From Chara braunii (taxonomy: Eukaryota; Plantae; Charophyceae): DNA of 64,000 nucleotides. A program made the translations under genes and the position numbers. The stretch is from contig BFEA01000005.1 in the NCBI GenBank assembly GCA_003427395.1, positions 4,743,075 through 4,807,074 of the forward strand, in the 5' to 3' direction. Positions 37,631-51,711 of this stretch are shown in pieces (positions within the stretch are counted from its first letter, which is position 1; every line of letters begins with the position of its first letter). The notes under the pieces were generated by a model. It saw nothing but the letters and a program-made list of their open reading frames with translations. It did not search any database and was not told the origin of the DNA.

Positions 37631-38515
37631 TCATTTTACATACTAAGGTGAGGTGCTATGAAATACTCAACAATATGTAACCGTTAAGTGGGTTGTGGTT
37701 TAGCACGACGCTTCATATGTGTGAGTAATTCTTAATTAAATATGTACATTACAAATAGGCTTAAAACTGAAGTTAAGGCACAAAGATGCCATTAATATTT
37801 TACATAAGCATAACATACCAATGAGAGCAAAAACTCTTGATATTTCAACAAACATCAAAGAGATAGACCATGACCTATCAATGAATGTAGAAGAGAAAAG
37901 GTTTCAAGACTTTCAATATTTCGAATCTATTCCCCATTAAGAAAGGACAAAGCGGAAAATCCAAACCAAATGCATACTATATCCCATCAGGGTGATAAGC
38001 TGAACTCATTAGTACAATTTTTTTCGCTAAGTGATACATGAAAGTTTGTTTATTAAAATGTTATCATAAGATAACAGTTGATAATTTTGTGTCCATTCAT
38101 AGTAATTCCTTCTAAGAATATCTATCAATTGGGAGGACCTGTAATCGTCTACAGGTTAATATGAGATCAACATCTTAACTTTGAATGCGATCTCAATATT
38201 CTATCTATCCATATGATCATGCCTGGCGCTTGATGAATTGAGCTTTAAATGTTGGAAAAGGTGATAGAGTATGGAAACATCTTCCATGTGAAAGATATTA
38301 TCTCGAACTTTCTATCATGTGGTATTAAAAAAACGGTCATCTAACTTAAATAAGAAAGTTTCAAGATTTACTTAGACTCCGTTACAAATAAACAGTAGTC
38401 ACGTAGATCATCTATCATTCAAACAAGAGAAGGACTAATCCTCAAATCTTCACCACCTTGCACTCAATTTGTCATACATCATGTGGTCAATTCAACAAGA
38501 TTGCCACACATAGAA

Positions 38516-38990
38516 TAGTAAGACAGACAGTCATTGGCTCTCTATCCAATTGCCCCTCAAGAACATAGACAACGATTCACTCAAATTAACACGCATCGAG
38601 CAGCTGGACGGGCGCTCCCTGACCCTCTATTCAGCTACTCTTCCAATACAATTCAACACATTAATCCAAATCAAACTTAGTGAGCAACTGGACGGACACT
38701 CTTTGACCCTCTATCCATCTCATGTTCAATACCATTTCACATCATCACACATGAAGCAACTGAACAGACACACCTTGACCCTGTATCCAATCACTCCATC
38801 AATATTATTCAACACATCAGATCTCATAATCGCACGTGAAACAACTAGGCGAACACTCCATGACCCTCTATCCAGTTACTTCTCAAAACCATTCAATCAA
38901 CAAATCAAATCAATATACATGAAGCAACTGAACGGACACTTAGACCCTTTATCCAACTATTTCTCAAAACCATTCAATTTTTCATTCGTT
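38516..38990. repeat. Degenerate ~84-bp tandem repeat (about 6 units)
   Basis: Core gcaactggacggacactc-ttgaccctctatcca near 38600, 38684, 38756, 38841 and 38924. Confidence 0.85.
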
Positions 38991-39428
38991 AATTAGTGAA
39001 ACATTATCATTAAGTAGTCAATACGTCAATCATCAAGCAGTCCGATTATCCTTTACCAAAATAGTAAAAAAAATCGTCCTTTGAATCTCTACCTTATTGT
39101 TTGTCTAATATTAAACGGATCCTAACAATCCAAGTATTGTCAATATGCAATACTTTTTCCTAAGTACTTTATGAATTATGAGGATTGTTGAGGGTTGGGT
39201 TGCAAAAGTACAATAAGATACACACACAAGCGACATCAAAATGAAAAATGAATGTCTCGAACCATTTAATTATGCACCCAAAATAAATACGTGCTCATGA
39301 CTTTTCAAAATAACATAAAATGCAAAAGGTTCGTGACCTTTTCAATAATCCTAATCTACTTCAACATCAAGACAAAAGAGAGCAGATAACCCAAACCAAA
39401 TGTATAAGAGAAAAAACGCATCGGTGAA

Positions 39429-39532
39429 GTGTCAGAGTCTAAGCCCACATAAGCACATTATTATCAATATAACTTTGCAAGTGTCCGAGTCTAAGCCCAT
39501 ATAAGCACATTATTATCAATATAACTTTGCAA
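39429..39532. repeat. Tandem duplication, 52 bp x2
   Basis: gtgtcMgagtctaagcccaYataagcacattattatcaatataactttgcaa occurs twice. Confidence 0.95.
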
Positions 39533-40650
39533 TAGCCTGCACAGTGAAGGTCGTTTACTGACATGCAAATACAACAAACCACCATCTTACAAGTCTAACA
39601 AGTTAACCCTCTTTTCACTTCCACTCGTCTTGACCTCACTTTCCAAAACCTCACACAACCAGACATTCCATTTTCAGCTAGCTATTTAGTCCGACCTGAC
39701 CTTATCCATTGAGAACCCTTTTCGACTAAATCGGACCTTTGAGATAATGACTCGAAAATATTAGTGTCATTTTTGAGTGAGGGTTGAGTAGGTAACCTAC
39801 TTGCTATCATAAGGTAGCAGTTTGTAATCTTGTATATACGTATGACGAGCTCCTCCGGAATAATCTCTCAATCGTGGTGTCTAAAAACCTTCTTAAATTT
39901 ATAAGCGTCATAACAAGCTCAAAGCTTATACCCGGATATTGCCCCCTTCGACTGTATGCATTTACTCCTGCATTGGGGTAGGCGCATCCACATGTAAGCA
40001 TCCCTCTTTCTCTTCATCCTTCGCTCCCCCTCCTCGCTACATTCAACTTCTAATAAGTCCATCACCTTTTATGTCTCTCCGTCTGGGAAACATTGGACCC
40101 TCCCCACTTGTAGTTATCCTTTTCCCATTATGCTGCACCCGACCATGATCTCGACCAACTGCAGATCATAAGAAGGGAAATAAACACCACAAGGAAAATG
40201 AGCAAACCATGAAACGACATTTCAGAATCGCAATTTCACATAGACAGTAAAATAGTCGTGAACTGTCAAGAAGAGCAGAAATGCACTAATATACCGCTAG
40301 AGGAGAACCTAAGCAGCGAACTGAAACGTCAATGAAAACCTCATCCTATCACTAACAGTGCTCTCAAAGTTCTTCCTCCTACGAGTGCTTAACACCCATA
40401 CTACAATCACACAACTACTAATCTAGCTTACTCTAAATTTCAAAAAAACTCGTTGGCATCAGCAGAAGCACCCAAAGTACATGCAACTGTCGACCATGCA
40501 AACCTCCTCTAGGACCAGGTGTGTATCTCTTCGCACTGTTATCCTCTTTTGTTATTTCCCCCCTCCTACTTCTCGTTGTCACCTACCTACTTCTTATTGT
40601 TGCCTACCGACTTCCCTTAAACTTATGTAGCCATAATCACGGCCACATCC

Positions 40651-40708
<58 letters not shown>
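40651..40708. repeat. (AAT)n microsatellite
   Basis: Directly visible. Confidence 0.97.
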
Positions 40709-40710
<2 letters not shown>

Positions 40711-41210
40711 TGTATACAAGTTATCTTTCCAGTCTAATGCATCCACGATGAGGGGTGCTATGCCCGGGCAAAGCCAACATCCCGCTATTGGCTTCCTACT
40801 TTACTAATCGCAGGAAATTCATGAACTGAGGTAAGTGCCGCTCTTCTCTTCCACATCCCCTCCTTGTTCTTTTTCTTCTTAATATCCAACTTTCTCTCCT
40901 TCTCAACTTTCTCTCTCTCCATCCTGTTCCTTTGCTCATGCTCGAACCTCCTTGCTCTCGTTCTCTCCTACTTCTCAATGTTTCTTCTTACCAATGACCC
41001 AATGCAAGTTGCCGAGATAATTAAGACGACCAACTCCGGAGCAGAGGTGAGGAGCGGAATCTGGAGGATATGCACGAGAGCGGGGCAGACCAATGCGCCA
41101 TCGAGGAGAAGGAGACTTAGCACAAAGCAGATACTCTTCATTACAAGAGGGGGCATTCACGATAAAGAAAGATGTACTCTTGAATACGAGGATAATGTGC
41201 ACAACGATGA

Positions 41211-41556
41211 CCTTATGTAGCGCACCAAACATGTTCGGAACTTTTCCGAACGTCCGAACATGTTCGGGTGTTCGACCGAACGCCTCTTGAACGTGTTCGA
41301 CCGAACATATTAGAAAAAAAAAAAAAAGGTTTTCGATTCTTCACTCGAGTTTGGTTACGAATTTAAGCATACCTCCCAAGCAAAAGTTGTTTGTATTATT
41401 ATTTTATATAACATATATTTCTTTCAGATGTTTTTGATAATGTTTTTTTTTAATAAATATTTTTATGTTCGTGTTCGGAGGGTTTTGGCGCTCGTTCGCG
41501 TTCTGCCGCAAACGTTCAGGTTCGGTCACCGAACCCGAACACGATGTTACACAAGC
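41211..41556. mobile_element. hAT-like MITE (346 bp)
   Basis: Imperfect TIR (ccttatgtagc versus reverse complement gcttgtgtaac), degenerate 8-bp TSD (aacgatga / tacgagga), clustered CCGAAC/GTTCGG subterminal motifs and an AT-rich centre. Confidence 0.55.
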
Positions 41557-42039
41557 TACGAGGATGGTACTCATGAGAATGAGGGAGGCACTCACCACCT
41601 CAAAGAGGTGCTCACGACCCCAAAGGAAGTGCTAGCGAATACGAAGGAATGATAAATGATCACGAACAGGATACTCGTGGAGAAGGGCAACCTCGAAGAT
41701 GCTCGCTCCCCAACTGCGAAGGAAGAGTCAACTGCGACCACAAGCTCGACTCCTCCGTTCATCAATATGTAAATTGATAATGAAACTTCTGTTAAAACAT
41801 AAAAAGATACATCCCGGATTTGTTTACTAATATTTATTGTTACTAGTTTTTCCTACATGTACAATAAGTGTCCCCTTTCTCCGTCGATCTCCTCTATCCC
41901 TCGCTCCACTCCTCGACACTCCCTCCTCCTCCTCCTTCTTCTTCTTCCTTTCACACACACTTAAAGTTTCTTCCTGCCATTTGCACATTCTCTCTTTAAC
42001 GCACACACATACACACTCTTCCTGGTTATCGGTATCATA

Positions 42040-42330
42040 AACTCTGGGAGATGGACTGCCAACGACCCTCTGGTGTGGGTAGGGTCTGAAGTAACCCATA
42101 CGGAAGGTGGTTCGCACAATTCACCTCCTGGCACGTACGACACTCCTGGATGTAGGCTTTGACGAAGTCCTTCGACTTCGGCCAGGCGTATAGGTGGCAA
42201 ACACGAGCCAACATCTTTTGGAGACCCATATGGCCGACAACTGCCCCTACCCATACCTGAGGGTCGTTGGTGGGAGAGTCTTTTGACCATAAGGCAAATG
42301 CACCGTGCGAGAGTATCACGGTTCAATGTC
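42040..42330 (-). mobile_element. Gypsy integrase zinc-finger fragment, same family as element 1
   Basis: GHMGLQKMLARV..WPKSKDFVKAYIQECRTCQEVNCANHLPYGLLQTLPTPEGRWQ parallels the translation at 2100-2280. Confidence 0.88.
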
Positions 42331-45300
42331 GTACAAGCCGGTGAAAGTTCATCAAAACAGTCTAGCGTGCAGCCGGCCACTGCCCGATTGACTTGTTACC
42401 CATTTTCTTCTTCTTCTTCTTGTGCCCCTATTCTCTCCCCCCCTAATTGTCTTGTCTATTCCCCTCTTCTCCTTCTCCTTCGTCTTCGTCTCCTCGCCAC
42501 TACATCGCCGTGTCCGTTGTGTCGTAGCTATAGTAGCCATCGTCGTGTTAGTTCTTCCTCTCCCCATGGCCGATCATTTTTCTCCTCGGTCGCCTTGCTC
42601 CCCTCTATCACCGACCTCCCTCTCTTATGTATCCTCTCACCTCTCTCTCCCCCTCTCCTCTTTCTCTCTCTTTTCCTGCTATCCTTCTTCTTCGTCTCCA
42701 TCGCACGTCTCGTCAAGCCATCAACCATGAATCCGACCGAAATTGCGGACAAATTCATTGTGAAAAATGAAAAATGAATAATGAAAATACTTGCGTCATT
42801 ATTGTTCTTCCATCTCGTTCTCCGCGTCTCTCTTCTCTCACATCCTTCTCCTTTGTATAATGCATCCTCTACTTTCTACTACGTAAGCCTAAGAAGGGGT
42901 GGATCTGAAAGAGAAAGCAGATGTAGGCAAGATGGGGGCAAGGGCGGCGGAAAGGAGTGCAAGTCAGCGTCCCACACACTGAAGATCGGCCATTCGCGTG
43001 TCTCTTATGCTTCCGCAGGTTCACCTACGGGAACCTTGTTACAACTTTTCCTTTGTCTAACTCGATTGTGTCTTCTCCACATCTATCGAAGACTATTTTG
43101 CATCTTTCCTCTTTCCTGTGCGCATTTACCTTCCATTCACCACACTCATGCTTCTGCACCATTGAGTGCGAACTCCTCCATCACCGCACGTTGCTCCCCT
43201 TCGTCGTTCTCCTACTCTCCTATGATTCTCCTTCCTTCCTCCCTGCGCTCATCCTTCCTTTCCTCCTCTACATACTCTTTTTCCCTCGTGCCCATTTGCC
43301 ATTTTCCGCGTATACTCCTTCCTCGGTCTTATGACCTCCTCCTTGTTGCCTTTGCATTTCTCTCGCGGCGCGCGGTTCATTCTCCATCTCCGTTTTGCGC
43401 GCCTTCTCCCTCGCACGTCGCCACCATCTCCGTCCATTCACCCATCAACCCATTCGAACGCCCGCGTGCTGCCTCTCTCTTCTCCCATACTCTAGTTTGC
43501 AGTCCAATTGGGATCGGGTAATGGTCAGATCCCCCTTACTCACGACGGATCGAACTTACCCCTCGGGGATGAATCTGCTCCATAATTTTTAGGGAGATTT
43601 GAAAATCCTAACGTAAAAAGACAAAAAAAAGATAAAAAATAAAGATAAAAATAAGAGATATGGCAATAGATTTGATCTAAAATCTAAGAGAAAGTACAAT
43701 AAAATAATTCGTTAATAACTAAAAAAAAAAAAACAACGAGAAAAATTTAATGACTATGGATCCCATTGTGCCAACTGTCGAGCATAGGTTCTAAATCTAA
43801 CAAAAACTAGCCAACTAACAATTCGCGGGAGTGAGTGAGTTCGAGGCTGAGTTCTTGGACTGTCGTGGTCCGTGGGGCCTGCTTGGGGTTCTAAGGGGCT
43901 CGTTTGACAGTCATTGGGGTGTCCTCGGGGCCGAAGGAAGTTTCCTTGGGGGTTTTCAAGGAAATTCCCGTCGTCATTCCACCTGTCCTCGGGGACGTCG
44001 CCCGATGACATTTCCTTCGAACGATGTTAGACAAGAAAAAAGAAAAGAAAAAAAAAATCAAATCTGTTTGAGGTTGTCAGGCAATAGGGTGCCGCCACGA
44101 TCCAGATTCTCGGTTGTAACGTCTCTCTACCCATATGCCTGCTCCTCTCCGTGAAACGCAGATTCCTTTTGCCCAAGGGACCTCTTGAGGTCCCTTGGGC
44201 AAAAGGAAGAAATGGTAGGGGAATCCTCGGAGCCCAAGGAATTTCCTTCGGAGTGTTTTAACTTTTTTTTGTTTCCGACTGCATCCCCAAGGATAGGTGG
44301 AATGAACAATTCATTGGGGACTTTACGTGCCCGAGGAGTGTCGAACGAGCCCCTAAAGCTAAAAGAGTTTGCCCAGTGGGCCGCATGTCTCATTCCCTCA
44401 TGCAAGTTTGATTGGTTACCTACAAGGCTAACTCTTACTACAGTATGGTAATGAGATGTCTTCCTATAAGTGGATATTAGCCATCCTTACCTTATAGGAA
44501 AATTAGGCCTATCCGTTTTCTATTTTTTTCCTTAGTCGCCTCGGCCGCTTGGCCGGGGGCTTTATTAATTTTCAACCCCCGTTCGGACACGCGTCAGCAT
44601 AAACTGTTTGCCCTACTATCGTGTACGCTCGCCGCCCTTTTACTTGTGTTCGTGAACGTATACCCTATCAATCTTGACCATACGATTGGATACAGTTCGA
44701 ATGTCGTCGGTCTCTAGGCTTATCGGCGTTTTGCCCCTAGTTGTATAACTAATGTACCGACGGTTACCCTGTTCAACAAGTAATCTCTTAATAGTCCCGA
44801 CCCTACAGTGAGGATTTTACGACAGTTCTAATCATGCCGTCGGGCTTTAAGAGCGTTAGCATATTAATCCCAAAGTTTTACACACACCTTTAACCTCGGG
44901 GGTTGTTTTATTTTAAACCGCTCCCCCCCCCCCCCCCCCCCCCCCAATCTTCCAAGGTCGGAAGGGTTAAATACTAATTCTAACTGTCCTAACGCGCGTC
45001 ATGATAACGTGTGCATGAGCTAACCAATTTTTTTGTCCCATACGCCTCGGGCCTAATGGCCAACATGTTACGCAAAAGTGTGGACGCTTTTCAGTTCATT
45101 TCTGGCTCCGATACTGTAGCCGAAACCGTCACTCCATCGAATAAAAATACACGAACAAATACCCTTGTGGGCGTATTAGACCCAACATCTTAAAGTGTCA
45201 CACAAAAGTAGGTAATTGTTTTCATCTCAAACCGGCTTCGACATGGTAGTCGATATCGACGTTCTATCGAATGCAAACACATGGGTAAACATCCTTGTAA

Positions 45301-48088
45301 GGTATTAACCCTGACAGTGGTGCCTCTTTATTTATATTGTTTTGCTGGTGGTTTGGCCGGCCTTCAGTCCTAGGTCCAAGTGTTGTGCGAGTCCACCTGG
45401 TACTTGCAGACTGGACAAGGTGGACTGGGACTGAGACGACTGACTGAACTAGGACTAAAATGTCCCTTGCTGACCCAACTACAGACACTGACTCCTATGG
45501 CCTCGGAAAGTCAAGTCGACGAGTCTAGAATCTCCTAGTCTACGACTAACTGACCTCTATAGCTCCGAAGAGCCACGTAGTAACTTCTAGACTGACCTTT
45601 CGCTACACGTAGGATTAATCTCTAGGATTGACCCTAAGACTACTAACCTCTAGGTTGTTGGCTTAAGTCCACACGACCCAGACTACATATGGGTAACATT
45701 CGTATATGAGTTGACGGGCAAAATGCGGGTTCAAACACTCAAAAGTGTCAGTGGGTAACTTTATAGAGGGTTATGGATAGGGGTTGGGGTATGCACTGTC
45801 ACGCGACTGGGTGAAACCGTTTCACTCCGGCCGTCCTAAATTCGAGGTCCTCTGAGAATTCTCTAATCCAAGGCAGTACCTTTACCCTTCCTTGTTCTTT
45901 CATAGGCATGACCTATGATGACAGTAGTCTCTAGAAGTTCGGTTTTGGTGAACCCTCTCTCGTCCTCAGGTTCATGGTAAGCAAAACTAACTTATATTAC
46001 TTCTGGGGACGACCCCGACCTCCAGTCCTAAAGATGTCTTCTTCTACTATGTGACCTATGTCGTATGTGTCATCCATATCAGGTGGAATCATGGATCTCC
46101 GCGATGAAAACTGTTGCTTGGTGACACAAGGCAACAACTTAAACGCATAGAAGACCAGATACGTATGAAGGTGTGGTGAAAACTCTATTGTGTAGGATGG
46201 CCCGTCCTCTCCACCTTTGACTTCTAGGACAGACCACAATTCTTTGTACGCGGGCAAAAACTTATGTGAAATGTTTTCCTCTCGTGCGAATTCCTTTGAC
46301 TTGACCCTGATTAGGTCGCCTACCCTAAACTGTGACGGTCTGCGATGCTTGTTCATTTGCTCAATCATGCGCACCTGAGCCTTCCTAAGGTTTTCAACCA
46401 CCATGGCGACTTCCTTCTCATGCTGCAAGGCAAACTCTTTGGTACAGGGAGGTAATCTTTGAATATGATTCCGGTTCAGTCCCTCAAACGGCCTACGAAG
46501 TCTAAAGGACTTGTGTGACTCGTTAGGAGTCCGACAGATAGCTAGATGTACACTGTTGTTATAAGCGCCAACTACCTTGGGAAGCATCTCATCCTAATTT
46601 ACTTGCTCTGATCTAATATACATTCTGAGTAATTGCTGCAAGATCTTATTCATCTGCTCTATCTGGCCGTTTGTCTCTGGACGATGACCTGATGACATCA
46701 ACAACGTATAGCCGTAAACTTTCATAAGATCGTGCCAGTTCTGGCTGGTAAACCACGTGTCTCGGTCACTAACTATTGACAACGGTATGTCATGCTCACT
46801 TACCCAGAATTCAAAAAACTTCTCTATAACTAAGTTTGTTCTTGCCTCTCAAGGCAAAGGTATAAAGACTGCATATTTGCTAAATCGGTCTACTATGACC
46901 ACGACTTGGCTTTTGCCATGCCTACTTCTGACTCTTGTATCCATGAAATTAATGGAAACTGACTCTCCGGGTTCTGTGGGGATAGGCAAGTGTCTGAGGA
47001 GACCTAACGGTGCTTGTGCTGTTGTTTTGTTGCGCTGACAAACCTTAAAACTGCGAATATATTTTATGCAGTTTATCTTTATGCCAGACCATATACGACA
47101 TCATGAGATTGGCCAAAGTCTTTTGCCAACCAATGTGCCCTTCCGTATCATTATATTCCTCTGAGATCAAACTACGGATCTCTTCATTATTGGGGATGCA
47201 CAATCTATCAACGACGTTGGTCTTCTCAAAGAGTAGCCCGTTTGTGGTGCGATAATTTGACTTACTATCAAGAGCTTCCTTTGCTCTCTTTAGTAAATCG
47301 CCATAGATTGGATCTTCATCATAAACATCTTTTATCTTTTGCTGCATGTCAGTCCCTATGTCCAGATAATGTACAATCTCTCGAAAGTAATCTGCCCTTT
47401 TACTTAGAACGTCGGCGACCACGTTATACTTACCTTTAATGGGCTTATGCTCGAAGTCAAACTTGTCTATTTCAACTGCCCACCTAGTCAATTTGGTCGT
47501 CATCTTGGCTTGCGTTTTTAGCCATCCCAGAGTCTCATGATCTGAGTAGACTTTGAAGTGCCTCCCAAGCAGGTAATGTCTCCAATGGTCTAAGGCTTGC
47601 CTGAGAGCTTTAAGTTTTCTTTCGTATGTCGAGGATGCTTCTTTCTCTAAGGGCAACCTCATTGATATGAACTCTACGGGTCTATAGCCGTTGGCGTCAT
47701 CTTGCTGTAGCACAACACCTATCCTATATTGACTTGCATCAGTCGTGATGACAAATGACAATGAAGGATCAACTACTTTGAGGACAAGATACTTCACCAA
47801 GACCCTCTTCAACTTTTTCAACGCCGAGGTGCAATCATGGTCCCACTTCCAGATTGCTTCCTCCTTTAGGAGTCTGCGAAGGGAGCAACGACGGTGGAGG
47901 AGTTCCTCACAAACTTCCTATAATAGTTCACCAGTCCTAAGAACGATCACAATTCAGTTTGAGTGCGTGGAGTTGGCCAGTTTCTAATCGCTTCTATCTT
48001 ACTGTCCTCTGGCTTGATGTTGTCTCCATCTAACATGTGGCCCAAGTAAAGAACTTATGTCTTGGCCCACTTAAACTTCTTCGCGTTG

Positions 48089-51000
48089 GTTTGCGGTGGG
48101 GCACAGCGCTACCGGGAGCACTGCGCCCCGGTACCAACCATGGCGGCGGAGTGAGGCGGCGAAGCGGAAGTGCGCCTGACTCGAACTGGATTCGCTGTGG
48201 AACTTTCACATGGACGAAGTAGCGCATGACGATGGCATGACATAAGTGGGGTTGGGCTGGGCGTCAAGCTTATGGCTGTTGCTTCATCGGTTGCTCGTGT
48301 GATGGTGGAGTATGGGGATGTTCTTCGACGAACCAGGCAGTTTGCGCACGCGCGGGGAGCGAAGGTGCTCATCTACACCGTATCACAGGTTAATGGGGAG
48401 GTTATACTAACTCCCGAAGACTTTCAGGGAGTTTCGAGTTTTTACTCCATTGTCGCTGCGTTTTGCCCGTGACATAGGGCCTATGAGGTGTCGACTCTGT
48501 GGACGCCTGTGGAGTTCAATGGAGTAAGCCTTAGGTAACCCGAAGTGCGAGTGTAGTAGTTACCTGTCATCATCAGTGTTCCATTTCATCAGCATTAGGA
48601 AGAGGTTCGTCATCACCGCTTCATCAGTATCCGGGCATGACTTGAAGGAATCATCACGGCGAGGTGCGTCATCTGCATACTGGTTCGTCATTCTCGAGCA
48701 GGTGATGTATTTTATCATTAGGAAATTGTTTCATTAGTATCCCAAATTTCATCATCGTCCTTACTACCATCATTTGATTAGTGGTCATCTCACAGAATCG
48801 CAAAAAGCTCGCTATTACCATCCTCAGCATCGTCCTTGTCATTAGTCGTAAAATCATTTTAATTCTTACAATAGCCTTAGTGTGAGCTTAGTCATCCACA
48901 CCTTCATCATTACGATATCATCGATATTGTAGTATTACTGGTCTGCTTATCACCACCACTATTTGAGGCACCATCAACATCATTACTATCCGAGTCATAC
49001 TCACCATCATCATCTTTACAAGAATCATCATCAATTACACGCATTCCTGGGCTGTCATCGATGTAGCAAGTAACCACATATGCGGGATTTTCTCCCAGTT
49101 TGCTCATACAAGATTTTTATCCTCCCTCTTCGCACTTGTTTCCCTTTTATCTTCACTCGTTCCGTTCCTGCCGGGCGGTATCATCTATGAATTCTCTATT
49201 AACTCCTCACAAATTTTATTACTAGTTCTTATCTAGCAAGTAAGCACATATGCGGGATTCTCTCTCTTTTTGTTCATACGGGATTTTTTATCCCCTCTCT
49301 TCTCACTTTTTTCTTTTTAGGGAATTAACATCCAGGATTTCTTTTTACCTCTATTAATTCCTCACAAATTCTATTACCGGTTGTTGTCTTTTGCAAAATG
49401 ATTGCCGGGTCCCGTCGCTCAAAAGTTTACTGTCCCGTGCACCCTGGAGTTTATTCCCAGGGTTTTCATACTTAAGTTTTCGTTGTCTCAAATAATAGGT
49501 CTTCAGATGAATCGAATCTTCTGGAATAATTCAGTTGTGATAGGGCTACAGAGCCAACGGTCTACATGATTTGTTAGGTATCAAGGGATGGGTGGGGGTG
49601 AAATTTGGGAACCTTACGCTATAGGGGCACCACAAGGTGGGAGGTGGCTGCTCTGGAGGGGGTGAGGCAGATTATGAGGTTGAGGGTGAAGAGTTGGTCG
49701 CCTTCTAACCCGAGCGGGGGCAGATAGGGACAAGGGGTGGGCGAAGACATCCTTTAGGTGGGAACTGGCTACTTTCATGGATGGGAGGGTGGGTGGGGTC
49801 TATTCCAGGTTGAGGCCGAGGTGATTTATCCTTGGTGGTAGCAGTGTGGGACAGGGTGAGTGGGTTGGGGAAAGCTCTGTTCGGAGACCGTTGGACGCTC
49901 TGTTTTTGCCTTTAAAAAATGTTCACATACCTTTCGATGTCCTTATTTTTTTTATTGTCTACAATTCGGGGGAAGCAAGAGGGCTGATTGGGTGACAAAA
50001 TGCGTTCCTAGGAGGCAACCCTTAGTCTGTTCTTCCTCGAGTGAACTATGTGGTGGAGGAGGTTGGCTTGTCGATCGAGGCATAGAGGCGAGGGGGGACT
50101 TTTAGGAATGCGTGATAAGAGGTAGTGGTCCTGGGGGGGGTTTGGGGAGCCTTATCCTACAGGAGCGCCATAAGGTGGGAGGTGGCATCTCTGGAGGGGC
50201 TGGGGCAGATTTAAGGTTTGTTCTACTCTGGGGCTGGGGTTGAAGAGTTGGTCGCCTTCTTACCCTAGCAGAGGCAGATAGGGACAATGGGTGCAAGCTC
50301 CGTCATACGAGTCTGTGGTAGTGGGGGGGTGGTTTAGTGTAATGGCAGTCTGCTAGTTTACCCTTCTTCTATCCTCCCTCTGGCGAACTATGTGGTGGAG
50401 GAGGTCGGCTCGTTGTGAGGGGAAGAGGAGTAGAAAGGAGCGCTGGCAGAGAAGCCTGACAAGGAAGCAACAACAACCGAAAAAGCCGTCCTGTTTCGCC
50501 TGACGGTCACTTTAAGTGGCATAGTTTACCGTAAGATCTTGGCTTCCATTTTCTCTCTGTTTTTTAAAAATGATCTAAACAGGTGAGGATTTTATTGGCT
50601 CTGCCCTTTTTTGTTTCAATAATACGGGCAATTCTTCATCGACTGTGCGACAAGAGTTTGGGCTATGGGGCTGTATTTGGAGCATTCTCTTAAGGATGGA
50701 GGGAGCCCCTCTCTGCAAGGATTGCATAAGGAGGGAGATGTGGTTTCTTGAGAGAGAGGGGGCGGACACGTGGGTTCACTTTCTTCTGAGGTTGGGACTG
50801 ACCTTCTGGGCCAAAGATCCGGCCCGACAGGGGCAAATGGAGGCAGAGGTATTGGGATTTGGTAGGAGGGGTAGAGGGTGACTCCAAAGGACATGAAGAA
50901 CAAACTCTTGCGTGGACGGTTGGTTTGGAACTACTAGTATCATTGGGAGAGGAGAGAGCCTTATCCTGAGGCAACAACATATTGGAGGGAAATGCTGCAT

Positions 51001-51237
51001 ATGAGGGGGTAAGGGCAGTAATTGTGGGTTGCGCTACTCTGGGGCTGTGGTTGATTGGGGGGTTGACCTTCGGCGGAGGTAGGTAGTCGGCAAGGCAGAT
51101 GGCATCATGTTTGTCTGCAAAACCCTCTTCAATGAGGGTCGCGATCTGTGTGCTCTTCTGGAGGACCGGTTGGAGGGCGATATTGATGGTGAGGAGGCGC
51201 ACGTGGCAACAGAGGTGGCAGCGTCAACATCAAGATC

Positions 51238-51304
<67 letters not shown>

Positions 51305-51711
51305 TCGACACCGATGATATTGACGACTGCGAAGACAACGAAGGTCCCAATGCCAATACTCTTCACAAAAATGACATCATCAATCGCTGCGCCTGCAGTG
51401 TTGGCGACGACAATGACAATAGTGGCAACAATACAACCACAAACAACAACGACGATGACAACAACGAGAGCGACAACAACAACAACATCAACAACAATTA
51501 AAAAAAAAAAAAAATCCTAACTGGGAGTCGGGAAGTTGACGAAAGACGGAGAAGAGCTTTTACAATGCTGAACAACTCGACACCGACGTAAGAAGATCTG
51601 ACAGAGAGGTGGGATAAGGGAAAATGACAAAATATGCTCTCCAATTTTCTACCTGTGCTCTGTCACCAATAAGCTGTGAAGAAGAGAAACAGAGAGGGAA
51701 AAAAAAAAAAA
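48089..51711 (+). mobile_element. Poly(A)-tailed retroposed insertion (3623 bp) with 16-bp TSD
   Basis: TSD aaacttcttcKcgttg at 48073-48088 and 51712-51727, with an A-tract from 51699. The host RT reads through (NFKIN-x-KK-FKWAKT) when the insert is removed. Confidence 0.88.
51236..51310. repeat. (AAC)n microsatellite
   Basis: Directly visible. Confidence 0.95.

Noticed and set aside
38516-38990. CRISPR-like repeat-spacer pattern
   Set aside because: The repeats are degenerate, the linkers are related to each other, there are no cas genes and the context is eukaryotic.
51034-51520. Mucin-like poly-T/poly-V/poly-L ORFs
   Set aside because: Translations of the (AAC)n microsatellite.
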